A stretch of DNA of 64,000 bases from the NCBI GenBank assembly GCA_050273025.1, contig CP158635.1:15748001-15812000 (forward strand), read 5' to 3'. Positions 50,850 to 64,000 of this stretch are shown piece by piece. Made by a program: the position numbers and the translations under genes. Position 1 is the stretch's first letter, and each line of letters opens with the position of its first letter. Source of the DNA: Cenococcum geophilum. Its lineage: Eukaryota. Under the pieces are notes generated by a model. It was not told where the DNA came from. It did not search any database and was given only the letters and a program-made list of their open reading frames with translations.

Positions 50850-53352
50850 GTGGGAAACACTTAGCAGTAAGTGTCTAAATTGCCAACTTGGCCTAGACCC
50901 TTATAGTTATAGTTAAACTTATTACCTAGTTATAGAACTGTTTCCAAATACTAATAGGATAACAATTTTTTTTCCTCGTGCGCTAAGGTAAGGGCTACTC
51001 CTATAGCATTTTTAATCTGCGAAATATGAATAATTTAGCACAAAAATTCTCTACTAGGACTTTAGTATTCCTACCTATCGGCCGTTAAGCTTCCGTTGTG
51101 CTAATTCCTTAAGCTCTTTGTAACTAAATCTTGCCCCACTAGTAACTGCCTTTATTAGGAAACTGGCCTAAAGGCCCCATCTCGTATTAGCGCCTAAGGG
51201 AGGGTATTTTATAGCTATACGTATTCTGCTTCGCATTACGTTATTAAAGTCTTTTACACAATTAGTAGTGAGGATTATAATTCCTTTATAGTATTTAAGT
51301 TTCCGCAGAAAAATTAAAGTTAGGTTGTTGCCTATATAATCTAATAATCGTTACTTTATAAATATGTTAGCTTTATCTAATAAAAGTATAGTATTCTAAT
51401 AGCTGGCCAGCTGGAAAGCGCAAGAAAGCTGAATTTCAACCTCCTTTATGTTGGTGGCTAGGTCCCCACTAGACAACTAGAAGAGTTAGGTAAATAGTAG
51501 CAGTTTAAATAAGTAGGGTATACTGTGTAAAGTGGCTTTTATAGCTCTTCTAAAAGTCCTTTTATAGTTAAGGTCTTTCTAACTCTAGGAGGACTACTAA
51601 TATTCTATATTAGTTTTCTCTAAGTATAAAGTAAAACGGAGCTCGTATTATAGTAGTATAATTAAATTACGTCCTTTGCCTGGTATAAAATTATTAAACT
51701 AAGCCCTATTTGCGTAAGAAGCTGCAAGAGCCTAAATAAGCTTCTTCCGGTCCTCTGGGATGGCAAGATTCCGAAAGGAGAGGGGATTCCACTTAATATT
51801 GCTAATATTGTTAACAGCAAACTCCACTATGGGATATTAAATTAGCTTTATAGTCTTCTTAGCTTATAAATCTAGGAACTTATACTAGAGCTTATTATTA
51901 AGACTAAACCCTAATATAGTTGGGCTATAAATAAGCAAGTCCTTATATTTTAACTCGGTAGGCTCCTTACTATTACTTTTAACTTTATTAAGTTTTTTCT
52001 TAGCCGGTTTGTTAAAACAAATCGTCTAAATGTCGTTGGTTTGGTATTTTCGCTACTTATCAATACTAGGTTTGGCGTAGTTTGGATTATTCTCTTAGAA
52101 AAGTACTGGGTTAACTATAATCTAACCATTAACAGATAATTTGGAGGGCTTTCCTTTCTCTATATAAAAGGCTTCACCTTTATACTATTAGTAGTGCGTC
52201 CCTATTAATAAAATAAATTTATAACCGCTATTAGTAAGTTCTTGCTTCTCCTTCTTTATGTTAGGGTAATATTTAAGGGGAAAATATGCAAGGCTGTGTA
52301 TTAGCTTTAATCCCTAGAACTTCTAAATAGTAGCTATGGTTACAGCCTTACTAAATTTTTTGCTATTAAAATTTAGATACTGACCTTAAATGCGGAAATA
52401 TTCATTTCCTTTATCGTCCTCTTTCACCTTACCCGAGTTAAATCTCGTGCATCTATACTTCTTGGTGCTATAGTATTTCCTATATACCAATTTATTTGAC
52501 TTAAAAAGAGTCCAAAGCAGATTAAATGTAATTTCTCCGCTATCTTATAGTGATTTAAGGCGCTGTTTTGTTAAGGCATATATATTCCTAATATAGTTTA
52601 CTAAGAGGTTAAGGTAGGTGCTGTTCTCTGGGGCTCCCTTATAAGCTTTTAGCTTGGGAAGGAAGTAGTATAATATATTCTATTTTACCTAGTCTTAAGT
52701 TAGCAGCTAATCTAGGGCCTAATAAATAGGGTTTTATACCGTAGGTTTGTCTTCCTTAAGAAAAGTTTTATCTATACCTTATAGAACGGACCTAAGTATA
52801 TCCCGTAGGCCTTTAGACTTAACGTTAATAAGGTGCGTTATACGTTTAGTCTTCTTATTTGTTATTTTACCGTTAGTAATATAAATCCGGTAGCTATTTT
52901 TGTGCTTACTAATATATATACGAATAACAAATATATATTCGTTATATGCGTCCACCTTAGAAGGTACTGTAGAGGATTTAACTATCTTATACTTTGAGGT
53001 TGTATCATCCTAGCTACGTACGGCAAATCAGCTAGGGTTATACTTTCGGTTTAGCAGAGATATACATTTTATTAACTATCTTATACTCTACCTTTAAAGC
53101 TTAGGCTCTTGGTTCTTAAGGTTAGGAACTGTCTATAGCTTAAGGCTTAGTAGCCTTAGGAGAGTCTATAGCGCTAGGTATTGCTTTTACTACCTTTAAT
53201 ACGTCCTTAAGCAGCTCTATAAGATAAAGGACAGTAACTAGGTCTAAGGGCGGTATAACTAGGCTAGAAAGAGGCGTTTGCGGACTTCCGTAGCTAAGAG
53301 GGGTGTCTAGAGACACCTTATACGGCTTTATAGTCTTAGGCTAGTTTAACAT
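50850..53352 (-). pseudogene. Fungal AAA+ ATPase, RIP-inactivated
   Basis: FIPGKGRNLIILL / SPPRVRKTLT (GPPGVGKTLT after reverting G>A), ILLLDKANIFI (Walker B LLDEADVF), IFLRKLKYYKGIIILTTN, RSRIRIAIKYPPL. Ends approximate; a low-complexity tail may extend to about 50100. Confidence 0.82.
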
Positions 53353-56300
53353 TATTGCTTTACAAAGCTTTAGTAATGTAGTGCTAAATTAAAGTATAAA
53401 ATTGGTAATAAGCTAAGTGTATAGAGTAAGGAGCTAAGTGTAGAGAAAATTAATGGTATTAATTCTTAAATAAGATCCGCCCTCTTTATACCTAGTAATA
53501 TAATATGCCATGTAAATGCTTTCCCCTATTTATTCTAGGAGACGCCATATTATATATATTAACATTAGTTCCGATATAGTAGAGGACCAAGTAAATATTA
53601 TATAATTTTGCCTTAACTATAGAAACAGAGCTAAGCCCTATATTTAGGAGCTTAGCGGAGCTTACGCCGCGGTTATATTCTTACTATTGCTGCGGAGATA
53701 TCGCGAGGGCTTATATGCGGGATTCTTATTCCAACTATTAGAGTCGCGCTAAAACTGATATAACTGCATTGGTTTATATATAGTAGTGAAGGTAGATATT
53801 ATAAATCGAAGGGAAAGAGATACGTATATAGCATTAGGTGCGCCTTTTAAACAAGAGAAGATTTAAATAAGCCCCTATTAAATATAAGCGACATTACTAA
53901 GCCCCATACTACTCCGCACTTTAAGCTACTAAATTAGGCTAAGGATTCTAGAGAGATATACGTGTAGAATGGAGTAGGTGCGCTGTTAAGCAATGGGAAT
54001 CGTTGTATCGGGATGCAGCCGCAATTGGTCTAAACTTGGGTTCCCGCTATATGGTCTAGTCTAGTCCGGTTTAGTCGTATTTTTGTCCTACCTTAGTGTT
54101 ATTCTTTCCTTATCTTATCCGCTCCGCTCCTATTAGCTCCTATCCCATTCTAGCCTTATCCGTTTGTTTTTAATTCTGCTATATCCTTAAAGTCTATTAA
54201 ATTAAATAACTAGTTAATTAAATAACTTAAGAAAAAGAGAGCGATATTTAATAATGATATGTACCTATTACTCTTATACCAAATTAATGCGTTTAGATCG
54301 TGTTATAATTTACTATAAGAGGATATAGTATCCTTAGCGAAGCGGTTAAAATAAAGTTATAGTAAGAGGCTATAAGTACGCACTTTTTTAATAGATGTTT
54401 TCCTAGGCGTAGGACCTAAAGTGTTCCTATTATGCATCTTAGTAGCACCTATCTTAAAGTTATATAAAATAACGCTAAAGGGCCTCCTTCTAAAACTTTA
54501 AAGTTAGTAGAAGTCTGCCTTGCGCTTATAAGGACTAATAGTGGCTATAACGGAACTTTATAAGGCTAATTTGGTTAGTACCTTAATTTCCTTATCTTAG
54601 AAACGTTAGTTTTTAGAGATTACTCTCGCTACTAGTAGACAAACTCTTTTATCTTAAATAACTTTATTACTAATTCTTAATAGAGTAAGGCCTATCGCAA
54701 AGCACATATGCTCCTTTGTTAGAGAGTTACTTACTAGGCCTTAATACAGATCTAAACCTAGGGAGTACTCTACCTACTTAGACTCCGTAAACTATATATG
54801 CCTAGGTTATATACTAAACACTAGGTATATATAACTCTTCCACTCTTAATAACTAGTTACTTATTTGTAGTAGAGTAAGACTTAGCGTAAAAAGAAAGCG
54901 CTCTTATATTGGATATGCGAAAGATAAATGGTTTAGAAACCTCGTCCCTAAACTTTAATAATGGCTTATTTAAAGGTAGATGCCTTATTAGATTCTCGTT
55001 CTAACGCTATATTAGTTTTAAACCTTAAATTTACAGATCTCCTTAGCTTCCTATAGTAATATGAGGCTAGCTACCTAAACTTACAAATAATATATCTGTA
55101 TATTGGTGTGCCGTTACTATCTATTAACATTAACTTGGAACTAACTCTTAGATTAAGTGTAAAAGTGGAATTCTCTCTTTAATTGAGTAAGGCGTTACTT
55201 TAATATATGCTTACTTTAAGAACTATAGCGGCGAAAGTACTGGATAGAAGGACTACTAAATAGCCTATAAGTTTCACTAGGCCTTATAATAACAATAATA
55301 AAACTAGCACCCTTATTTGGACCTGTGACTATGTTCCTTATCAGGTTACTAAAGACTTTAATAGCCCTACTGGCGCTGTGTTTCTTAATAAGGATTGCGT
55401 AAACCAATAAGTCTGTACTAATTGTCTCGGGGTCTATAATAAGATCTACTTTAGACTAGATAGTATTTAGCAAAAATATATTCCTGTAAGCCCTGTAATT
55501 ATCTTACTAATTATATAGCCTTCTCCTTAAGCTTATAATCATCTTACGCGATATTATTAACCAGTATTATTTGACTTATCCTAGCTATAATTAGGGCCCT
55601 TATATAGTCTAGCGTGAGGCAGGACAATATATATTTGGAAAATAGTGCCCTATTATATAAAGGCCGTCTAAGATTAGATTAAGGTCTTTGTTAATAGCGT
55701 ATAAGATTTAATAAGGGGGCAGGTCTCTTGGCGCGCGCTTGGTAAAATCCTGTAGTAATGTCTTAAGGTGATAATTATAGGGCCTAGTTAAGGGGAAGAA
55801 GTGTTTATATATAAGAATGCGTCTTCTACTAAGGGGAGGGCTTAGTTAAGGATATCCTCTAAAAAGGAGGAGGCGAGAACGTATATATGCTTACTAAAAG
55901 TGCTGCCTATAGGATAAGTAACTGTATAATTGCTATAAGGATGGAAAGTTACTTATATACAACTTACCTTAAAGTTTTAGAGGTATTATTAGGCTAATAA
56001 GATTTTAGAGAAGAGGGGCTGTTTGCGCAAAGCTGAAAAAGTTAAGTTAATTAAAATAAAGATAACCTATATGCTATATAGCAAACTATAAAGTGCATAT
56101 AATATTTAAAAGAATATATAAGTAAAAGCGTATAGCGCGAGAAGGCGAAATAGGCCTTATTTAAAGTAATGCTAGCTATAAATATTAATGCCCAACTTAT
56201 ATAATGGCTACCCCTTTAACTTTTGGTAGGGCGGATATTACGTGCCTAATAGCTAAGGGTTAAGCGCTGGACCGTTAGATGTGGCTCGCCCTGGCCTATA

Positions 56301-59300
56301 GTATTAGTGTTAGTTAATATAAGTAGCTTTTACTTACCGTTTATAAATAATAGCTTTTACTTAGCCTTTTAACCCTTTTATAGATGTTTATGGCTAACCC
56401 TTATTTAATAAGGCGAACTGGTAGGCAACGAGTGCCTATATATGGCCAGTTTAGAACTATCCTAATTATAATTTAGGTATTAAATACACTGAAGGTTAGG
56501 TTTAAGATCGCTACTATAGACTTAATCCCTAAAGGGAGTCTAGTTAAAGAGAATGGAAAACTAAAAAAATTAATTATAGCTTCGACCCCGAAGACAGATG
56601 ACTCCCTTAGATGGCTATACTTTAGCTATCTTCTGCGCTAAATCTATCCTTACTAGACCCTCTGCGCCTAATCGCCTTAATACTTCTCCTTATCTATAGT
56701 ACTTTTAGGCTTGTATAGAAACTCTTACACTAATTATAATATAGGCCACAATATACTCTCCCTGCTTGGATTAGTGGGATATCTTGAAAAGCTAAGAGAC
56801 TTACTTACTAAAAGAAATAAGTATACGCTATCCACTAATAGGAGAATTATGCTTGTTACCGCTGCGACAATCCTAATAATTATAGTGTATAAGGCTCCCT
56901 ATAAGTCTGTCCTTTTAAGAAATTATATTGCTTTAATATGGAAGGGCTCTTCTAGCTCTCGCAGGTATAGTGCCTTGTAAATTAGAAAGATTGGAACCGA
57001 AATAAAAAGCGTATATATTAGGAAACTTCCTAGTGCTATTAAGGCACATCCTAACTGGTGGTGCAATTTTAGCTGGGATATTAAGGTGCCGCTAGCTTAG
57101 GATAAAACAATAATTACACTGGCCGAGGTGGGCATAAGGTAAAAGATTGGCCGGCCGGCCTCTGTAAGCCGTCTGTATAGCCACTATAGGGCTGAAATCT
57201 AATTCTTCTTAGTGGTTTTCTTTAGTAGGGTGGCAGCACGAACCTAAAAACTTAGTGTAGTTTATAGCAAAAATGCTAATAACCAACCTATCGGCTGGAA
57301 GGGGATCTAGGGCAGTTAAAGCTCCTAGTCCGCTAGATAGAACTAAATAAGAACGCTAATAGTGACTTAGAACGGAATAAAGCGGAGGAGTATTTAAACG
57401 ATAAGGTACTTCTAATGGGGGGAATAGTGGTAGCGCCATCTAAGTAGAGAAATATTTATAGAACGTAAGTAAAAAACATTATAATACCAATAAAGCAGTA
57501 TATTAAGAAGTATAAGGTAATAAATAAGTTTTGTATAGAAGTAGGCAGCGTAAGCAGGTAACTAATTAGGCATCTTTGGGAGAGCAAAGGCGGAAGGTAA
57601 AAGCCTTAGCCTCATCTAGTGCGCTATTTATTAAATATCTCCAATATTAGGTATATTGGCAATAGGCTTAAATTAAAGGATCTCTCTTAGCTAGAAGGGG
57701 GTTAGGCCGGAATAGGCTATATCCTACCCTATTCCTATCTATACTAGTCTAGTCTAGTCCAGTCCGGTCCCCTTATTTTACTCTTAAATATTAGTTAAAG
57801 TAAGTTTATAATAAGATTTTTGCCTTCTATCCCTACGTAAAGATACGCTTCCTAGACAAATACCATAAACATAATAGCCCGCGCACTATCTCCTTATATC
57901 TATTAAGACACGGTTAACTAAAGATAAGTCGCACTAGCTCCTGTATATAACTAGGACCCAGACCTAGGCCCCAGCATATAGCCCCGTACTTTAAGCCTAT
58001 TACTTAGCTTAAAGTTAGGAGGATATTAGTATGATCTAGCACTCTAGTACTTGCTAGCTTAGCTATCTAAACGCCTTTATACCTGTAATATCTTGCTAAT
58101 AAATTTTTTTATAGGCAATTAGCGTTCTATTCTCGTTTTCTAAGTTATTTAAAGCCTCTGATTTTAGACCTACGCATACTTTCGCACGAATCTCTTCACT
58201 CTTTAACATTTTTAGTCTTTTAGTTTGTTTAAGTTAAGGTTAAGGATACGGTATATAGTTAATTGAAGATAGTTATATGCTTGGCTCTAAGAACACTCCC
58301 CTAGTATTTCTAATATCTATAAAATCGTGTCCCTAGTAATATGTTCCGTATATAATATATAGAATAATTGCCAGCCTTTATATGTAAGTTTTTGTAGCTT
58401 TATATATTGTAGCTAATCTAGCTTTTAACGCTAAAATAGAGTAAAATTAGCGACGACTAAAAGAAGGAATTCGAGAGATAACGCGATATTATTTACTCTT
58501 ATTTTAAAGATAATAGGTTTATAACGGATAATAAAGAAGATAAGGCTTTCTAAAACCTTATTAATTACTGTAACGCTTATAATAATCCAGAGAAAGTTTA
58601 ATATTTAAAGGAGATACTACTTAACCTCGTTTAAGGTAAGACCTAATAAGAGATATTTATTAAGAAAATATTATAGGAAGGATAGAGATATTAAGATATG
58701 GAATTTAGATATACTACAGGCCTTAAGAAGCTCTTAGATATAACTTAGTAATAATATAGCGGTGGTTAATGGATCATCTCCCCCCGTTATAGCTGAATGT
58801 GTAATATAACTTTTATTTAATTTATTTAAAGGGGTATTATCGCTAGGTATGCCGTAATAATAGTAGAGATTTACGACTAATAGAGTAATTATATCCCGCT
58901 AGCTTTAAGAGTATTCCCCTAGCACTCTAAGCGTCTGTAAAATTTTATTACTAGTAGGACTGGGGTCTAGCTAAGCCTTGCGGAATTGGTTAATATAGGG
59001 TGGCTTTTAGTTTTACCTTTTGGAGATTCCTGTGATCCTAGTACCTGCTACAGCCCTAACAGCTATAGGAAGTTAGTAATGGCCTTATTAGTGGCGCGTG
59101 GGTAATAAGCTAAGTGCACTTATGGGAGAAGGGTTAACAGGACTATAAAGTGCACTTAGAGCGGCCTAATTTAACGCACTAGCTTATTATACGATTAATA
59201 AAATCTGACTATGCCCTCCTGCCCTTGTTTAAAGACGCGCTATTGACGTACGTTAACTAGTGGGGTTTTCTAGGCAGCCACTAATGTACGTAGTGATCGC

Positions 59301-59869
59301 ATCTCTAAAATCTAGCGACCTGCAGATACTTAATGCATGCTATGTCCTAGCTAACCAATACGGGCGCTCCGTATTATTAGCGTTGAGAGCTGGCTAGGGG
59401 CGTGTTGTTGTAGCTAATGCTCTTAGGTATAAGATGGCTAACTTAGCTCGTCTAACGTCCGTCCCTAAGTATAGAGACGCACCTTAACTTAAGCAAAATG
59501 TATACCTATGTTAATAACCCCTACTTATACTCTAAATATAAGCAGAACCATACCTTCCCTAAATAATTATACGATTACTGCTAGGATGGCAGTGCGGTAA
59601 CCGGCCCTTGTAACAATCCCACACCGGCTAAAGGGGTAAATGGATAAATAATTACCTTTGGCAGTTCTAAGAAGCCTAGGAAATACCCGCTCTGCGCTTA
59701 TTATATAACCCTATCCTCCTAATTTATTATCGCCTTACTAATCTATAGGTAAGGAATATGAGTAAGCTAAGAACTAAAACTGCAATAGTTGTCTTAAGGA
59801 GGGGAGGAGCGAAGGGATAGGTTCTATTATAGAAGTTAATAGCTAAACGGCGTTAGTATATAACAGTTA

Positions 59870-60610
59870 AGGGAGATTAATAAGTGGTATACCTTTAAAA
59901 ATATTATCTGCACTTATAAACCTGCCTTACCAGCACCCTATAATAATGTCGCCTATTAGTCCTAGACTTTTTATCTTAGGAAACTTAGATTGTTTAAACA
60001 AATTGGTAATTTCTATCTCTTTAAGCCCAAGCTTAAAGTATAGAGGTTTGCCTATTTAGATTTCGTATAGGGTAGAGCTAAGGGCAAACAGGTCCGCCTA
60101 AGTTAATTTTAGGTCGGCTTTAGGATATTTATAGCTCGCAGTCACTATAATAAATGGCTTAGAGCTATCTAATAAGGAGCTACTAAAGTTAAGGAGCTTT
60201 GCGTATAGGCTGTCGTCTAAGGAAATATTGCCGTATGTTAGATCTATATAAATAACATTTATTAAATAAATAAAGGCAAGTGCACTAGTAACTTGTTAAG
60301 CCTATTAAAGGCGTTACTTAGTATAAACTTTATAGGTTTAGATATATTAGCGGAGTCTATTTTTACTTATATATTCTAGCTAGATGCCGGATTTAAAGGT
60401 ACTATAAAACTTTAGCAGACCTTTATGCCCGCTGTGTTACTAAAACCGCTTATAGATCCGTCTCTTAACTTTAATAGTGGGCTCTTCTTCTACTTAGTAA
60501 GGATATTTAATAACAGTATTAAAGGAGGAGTCTAGGTATACTATGCTCGTAAGTCCGGAGCTAAGGTAGTTCGTTATATTAAACCCGGTTAGGAATCTAA
60601 TAGCGGTTAT
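59870..60610 (-). pseudogene. Small fungal protein kinase-like gene, RIP-inactivated
   Basis: VIKYP...RRIYKRF...I(R)LEY...ALAFIY...VIYIDLTYGNISLD...AKLLNFSSS (for DFGGS)...ADLFALSSTLYEI...IIIGCW. Confidence 0.8.
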
Positions 60611-61829
60611 TTTTTAGTTGTGCGGTAAAGGAGTAGGGGCGGTCCTAAGTTAATATAACTTGTATAGCTTATACAAGTAGCTGTTTATTACTAGAGGGTA
60701 TAATTCTTCTATAAAAGGGTTAAGAGAGGGATATTATTACTAAAACCGTATTAGGGAATATAGTTATGGCAGCGAAGTGGCTCAAAGAAGGTAGCGAGGC
60801 ACGTTAGTCCGTAATGGGGAGGCGCGATTGTAAAATAGGGTAGATAACAGCGAGCTTAAAGACAGGACGGACGTGGTTAGGAGACGATGTGGTCTATTAA
60901 ATGCTATAAGCAGTTTGTTATAGCTAATGCGGTCTACTATAAGTTGCGCCTTAAGAAGTCGCAGATTAAACGCGTTATTGGAGATGCTTAGAGGCGGCGG
61001 TGGAGGTAGCTCTAGGCTTTGGCTTCGTGCCTATGCGGTTAAAGGATAGGAGGCTTTACTAAGGCTCTGTTAACGCTGCCTTAAAACTTAAGGTAGTATA
61101 CTAAATAGCCTATAGCATTCTTTAAGCTTAATAGCGTCGGGTTAGGTATTTTTACCATTCTAAACCGCGTGGGGCTTAGCCTTAAGGTTATAAGAAATAC
61201 CAGTTATATATACCGTAAGCTATAGGCGCAAGCTACAGGTTAACCTCAGCTTGCTTATATATATTTAGTTATAGTATCGGCTTAGCTTAGGATCCCTAAT
61301 AGGTCTAATTAGAAGTACTGACTAAGGTGGTAACCTTATATAAATTTGCGCGCAATAGCAGATGGTCTTCTAAGCCTAGGCTTTTCTTTAGTGTTTCTAG
61401 AGCGGAAGGAGAACTTTTATTAAGTAGAGCTGGTATCTAATTGGCATTAAGGCTGTTATTTCCAATCTAAATGCTTTTAATTGTTTTAACTCTTTATACT
61501 TCGTTTTAACTAGCTATATATAAAAAGAATAGGATAAGTATATTGAGAAGATTATAGGCTAGGTCTCTAAATTTTCTATAATGTTATAAAACTTCGCCGC
61601 TTTAGACAAAATTAGATAATAAAGAGAAGGAGAAATTCCAGAGACTAACTCCTTTAGGGAGATTGGAATTATTTCTTAATATTAGTATAGTGTATATAAT
61701 TCTATAGACAAAATAGTAAGGGAATCCAGTAGTAAATAGGATAAAGTGCTATAGTTGTAATAAACCTTACTCTATAAGAACGGTTTGGGAGATCCTAAGG
61801 ATATTGCAGCGGCCTTAATAAATTACTTC

Positions 61830-63440
61830 CCTTATAATATATGCTAGTGCGCCCATACTACACCTAGCGTCCGATCTGGGAAGCGACTAAATATATCGTC
61901 CTACTTTATACCTATCTTATTCTTGTACGCGAGTAAGCGCCAATTATCTAACTTTAGCCACGGCCGACGTGTTCGGACTTATACGCGCCTATGCTCTCTA
62001 TAGAGCCGCCCGTTGTCGGCGGCGCTAGTATTAGAATTACTACCGCCTAAGCTTTCGCTGCCTAAGCTTTGGCTGCCATTCCCAAAATCATTGTCTCTGT
62101 CGTTGTTGTCCTCGTCGTCGTCTAGACTAATAGCATTATTATTAGCACCTTTGCCGTGCGGACTACGCGTATTAGTTTTACTGGCGGTATAGTTACTGCT
62201 TTGCTGTGTTAAGCTCGGACTAGCGTATACGTTTAGTACATTATTATACTAATAGCCCACTAATAGCTATAAATTTGACGTTAACTGCGTTATGTAGATA
62301 AGTTGCCCTACGTTACCGAGTAAGTTATATATAATTGTTAACGGTTTTAAAGATAACTTTAACGTTATCTTATTTTAATAGACAATCGCCATTACTAATA
62401 TTGTGCATTCTGGCACCTAGTAAAGGGTAATATTGGTTAGCTAATAGTCCGCATAGTCACTCTGTCTATAGTTAATAGTATAGTTATATACTACCTTCGC
62501 TCCTAAAGAGGATGTTTAAAGGGAGGCAGACTAAGTTATAATATCTGCTTTAGATCTAAAGTGGCGGCGTACTGGTGATAACTTTAGATGTTATAATTTT
62601 CTTATGGGCCTTATGCTCCCGTTAAGCCGTTTAAGACTTATTTCTATTGGACCGCGCCGCTTATCCTAGAATAGATAATTGCTACATTTATATTGCTATA
62701 AAGTTGCTACACTAGCCCTACGGGACACCTCCTAGTCGCCATTAGGGTTATCCTTACCGCTTTCCCTAACCTTACCATCGCTACTATTGCTTTTATCTTT
62801 ACCCGTATATATATCCTTACTAATGTATTAATCGCCCTCCGTTCGTCTATATAGAGAGACTAATTAGCTTAAGGGCTCTAGCGGCCCCGTATCTAGCCTA
62901 TGCCCTTAGTATTTACTATCCCCGCCGTTTACTAAATTAAGGATATTGCTTTGAGGTAAGTCTAGGATATTAGCGTTATTGTCTTTACTGCCACCGTCTA
63001 GGTTTTTAGCATTTGGATTATTACTAGTTCTAAGAGGCGAAATTAAGCTACCGCGGCCCGGCGGCGGCGTTAACTTTAGTATATATACAGGACTAGATAT
63101 AAGGCTCTCTGCCTATAGCTAGGCCGACCTTCGCCGCTTTGCTAAATAAGAGTCTTCTAGAACCGGTTCTAAGGTTAAGTCTAGTACTTTTATGGAGGAG
63201 ATAGCCGTATTAGTGGATAAAGTGCGCTTCCGCTTATGTGTTATAGATGGCCGACTCATTATACCTAGATCCTTATAGAGAGGTTCGTCCCGCTTTAGTA
63301 GACTATTTTTAAATACGTTAAAATAGGGACTCTATAAGTCTGTAGGAAGATTACTTACTGTTATATACGCCTCCGGTATTCTCTATAGAGGGGGCGTGTA
63401 TACTAGCTACGTTTAGACCGTTATTCTAATATTCTGGCGA
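61830..63440 (-). pseudogene. Low-complexity protein with C-terminal Myb/SANT-like domain
   Basis: Acidic/Ser-Gly stretch DDEDNNDRDNDFGNGSQSLGSESLGG followed by RPWLKLDNWRLLAYKNKIGIK(W)DDIFSRFPDRTLGVV.AH(W)HIL, with the spaced-Trp Myb pattern; 5' end approximate. Confidence 0.62.
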
Positions 63441-64000
63441 CCCGCCACCGGATTAGATATCCCCTATGCTATAGCTTACTCTAGCTATATCGTCCTCTAG
63501 AAATAAAGGAAATTTTATTATTAATTAGTAAATAAAAGCCGTAATGCTATTAATATATCTACCTAGACTGCTTCTATTAAATAACCTATTTATGGCCAAG
63601 TTTATCTCCTTAACGCCTATAGCCTGGTTAGCCCCTTCCTAGCTAGGCTAGTAACTCTGTGGTATTTGCGAAGGAATGGGGCTGAAACCACCTTCGCCGT
63701 CTATACGTATGTATTAGCCAATATCTATTATCTTATACTATTTGAGACGCAGATAATACCTTAATATAGCGAACCTAAAGGATTAATAGCTTTTACTGGA
63801 ACCAGTAGTCCTAGATTTAGAGAACGCAACGCTTTAAAGTCTGGTAGATTAGTTAAGAAGTTGTTAATATTAGCCTACTCTCTATTATATTTGGGGGAGC
63901 TAGCTTTACTAAGGTTAGGTTCTATTATTTTAGGCTTCGCCTTAGGCTTAGCCTTAGATTTCGTTTTAGGCTTAAGTGTTAGAGGAATATAAGGAATATA

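Noticed and set aside
54050..57770. gtcta/gtccg pentamer runs at about 54054 and 57746 as termini of one element
   Set aside because: They are low-complexity, in the same orientation, with no extended homology or target-site duplication seen.
54200..59000. Coding-like degenerate stretches at about 54200-55900 (-), 56500-57500 (-), 58250-58900 (+), also about 16800-17400 (-)
   Set aside because: Frames with RIP-type stops are plausible, but I recognise no motifs and cannot set boundaries.
1438..63440. Alternative genetic code or programmed stop-codon readthrough explaining the many in-frame TAA/TAG
   Set aside because: The stops come with abundant C>T/G>A missense changes, including catalytic residues, and differ between duplicate copies, which is the RIP pattern.

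Overview
AT-rich fungal (ascomycete-type) accessory region with pervasive RIP-like C>T/G>A damage; essentially every gene is now a pseudogene. It is an immunity/cell-death island. Two non-identical modules share one layout: a TPR-CHAT protease gene on the minus strand, a gasdermin-like gene and a convergent caspase-like (Peptidase_C14) gene in the middle, and an inverted second copy of the TPR(-CHAT) gene (about 1.4-14.8 kb and 17.7-39.6 kb). They are followed by a HET-domain gene, a convergent HET-NACHT-WD40 NLR, an AAA+ ATPase, a protein kinase and a Myb/SANT-type gene. The most unusual feature is a 37 x 68-bp tandem array (40686-43201). Each unit reads as a canonical 65-nt spliceosomal intron (GTAAGT...GCTAAT...TAG) plus a variable 3-nt exon. 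The 3-nt exons are in phase 0 with the downstream HET exon, so the HET gene's N-terminus appears to be encoded one codon per exon. All calls come from manual translation and motif recognition; no searches were run.
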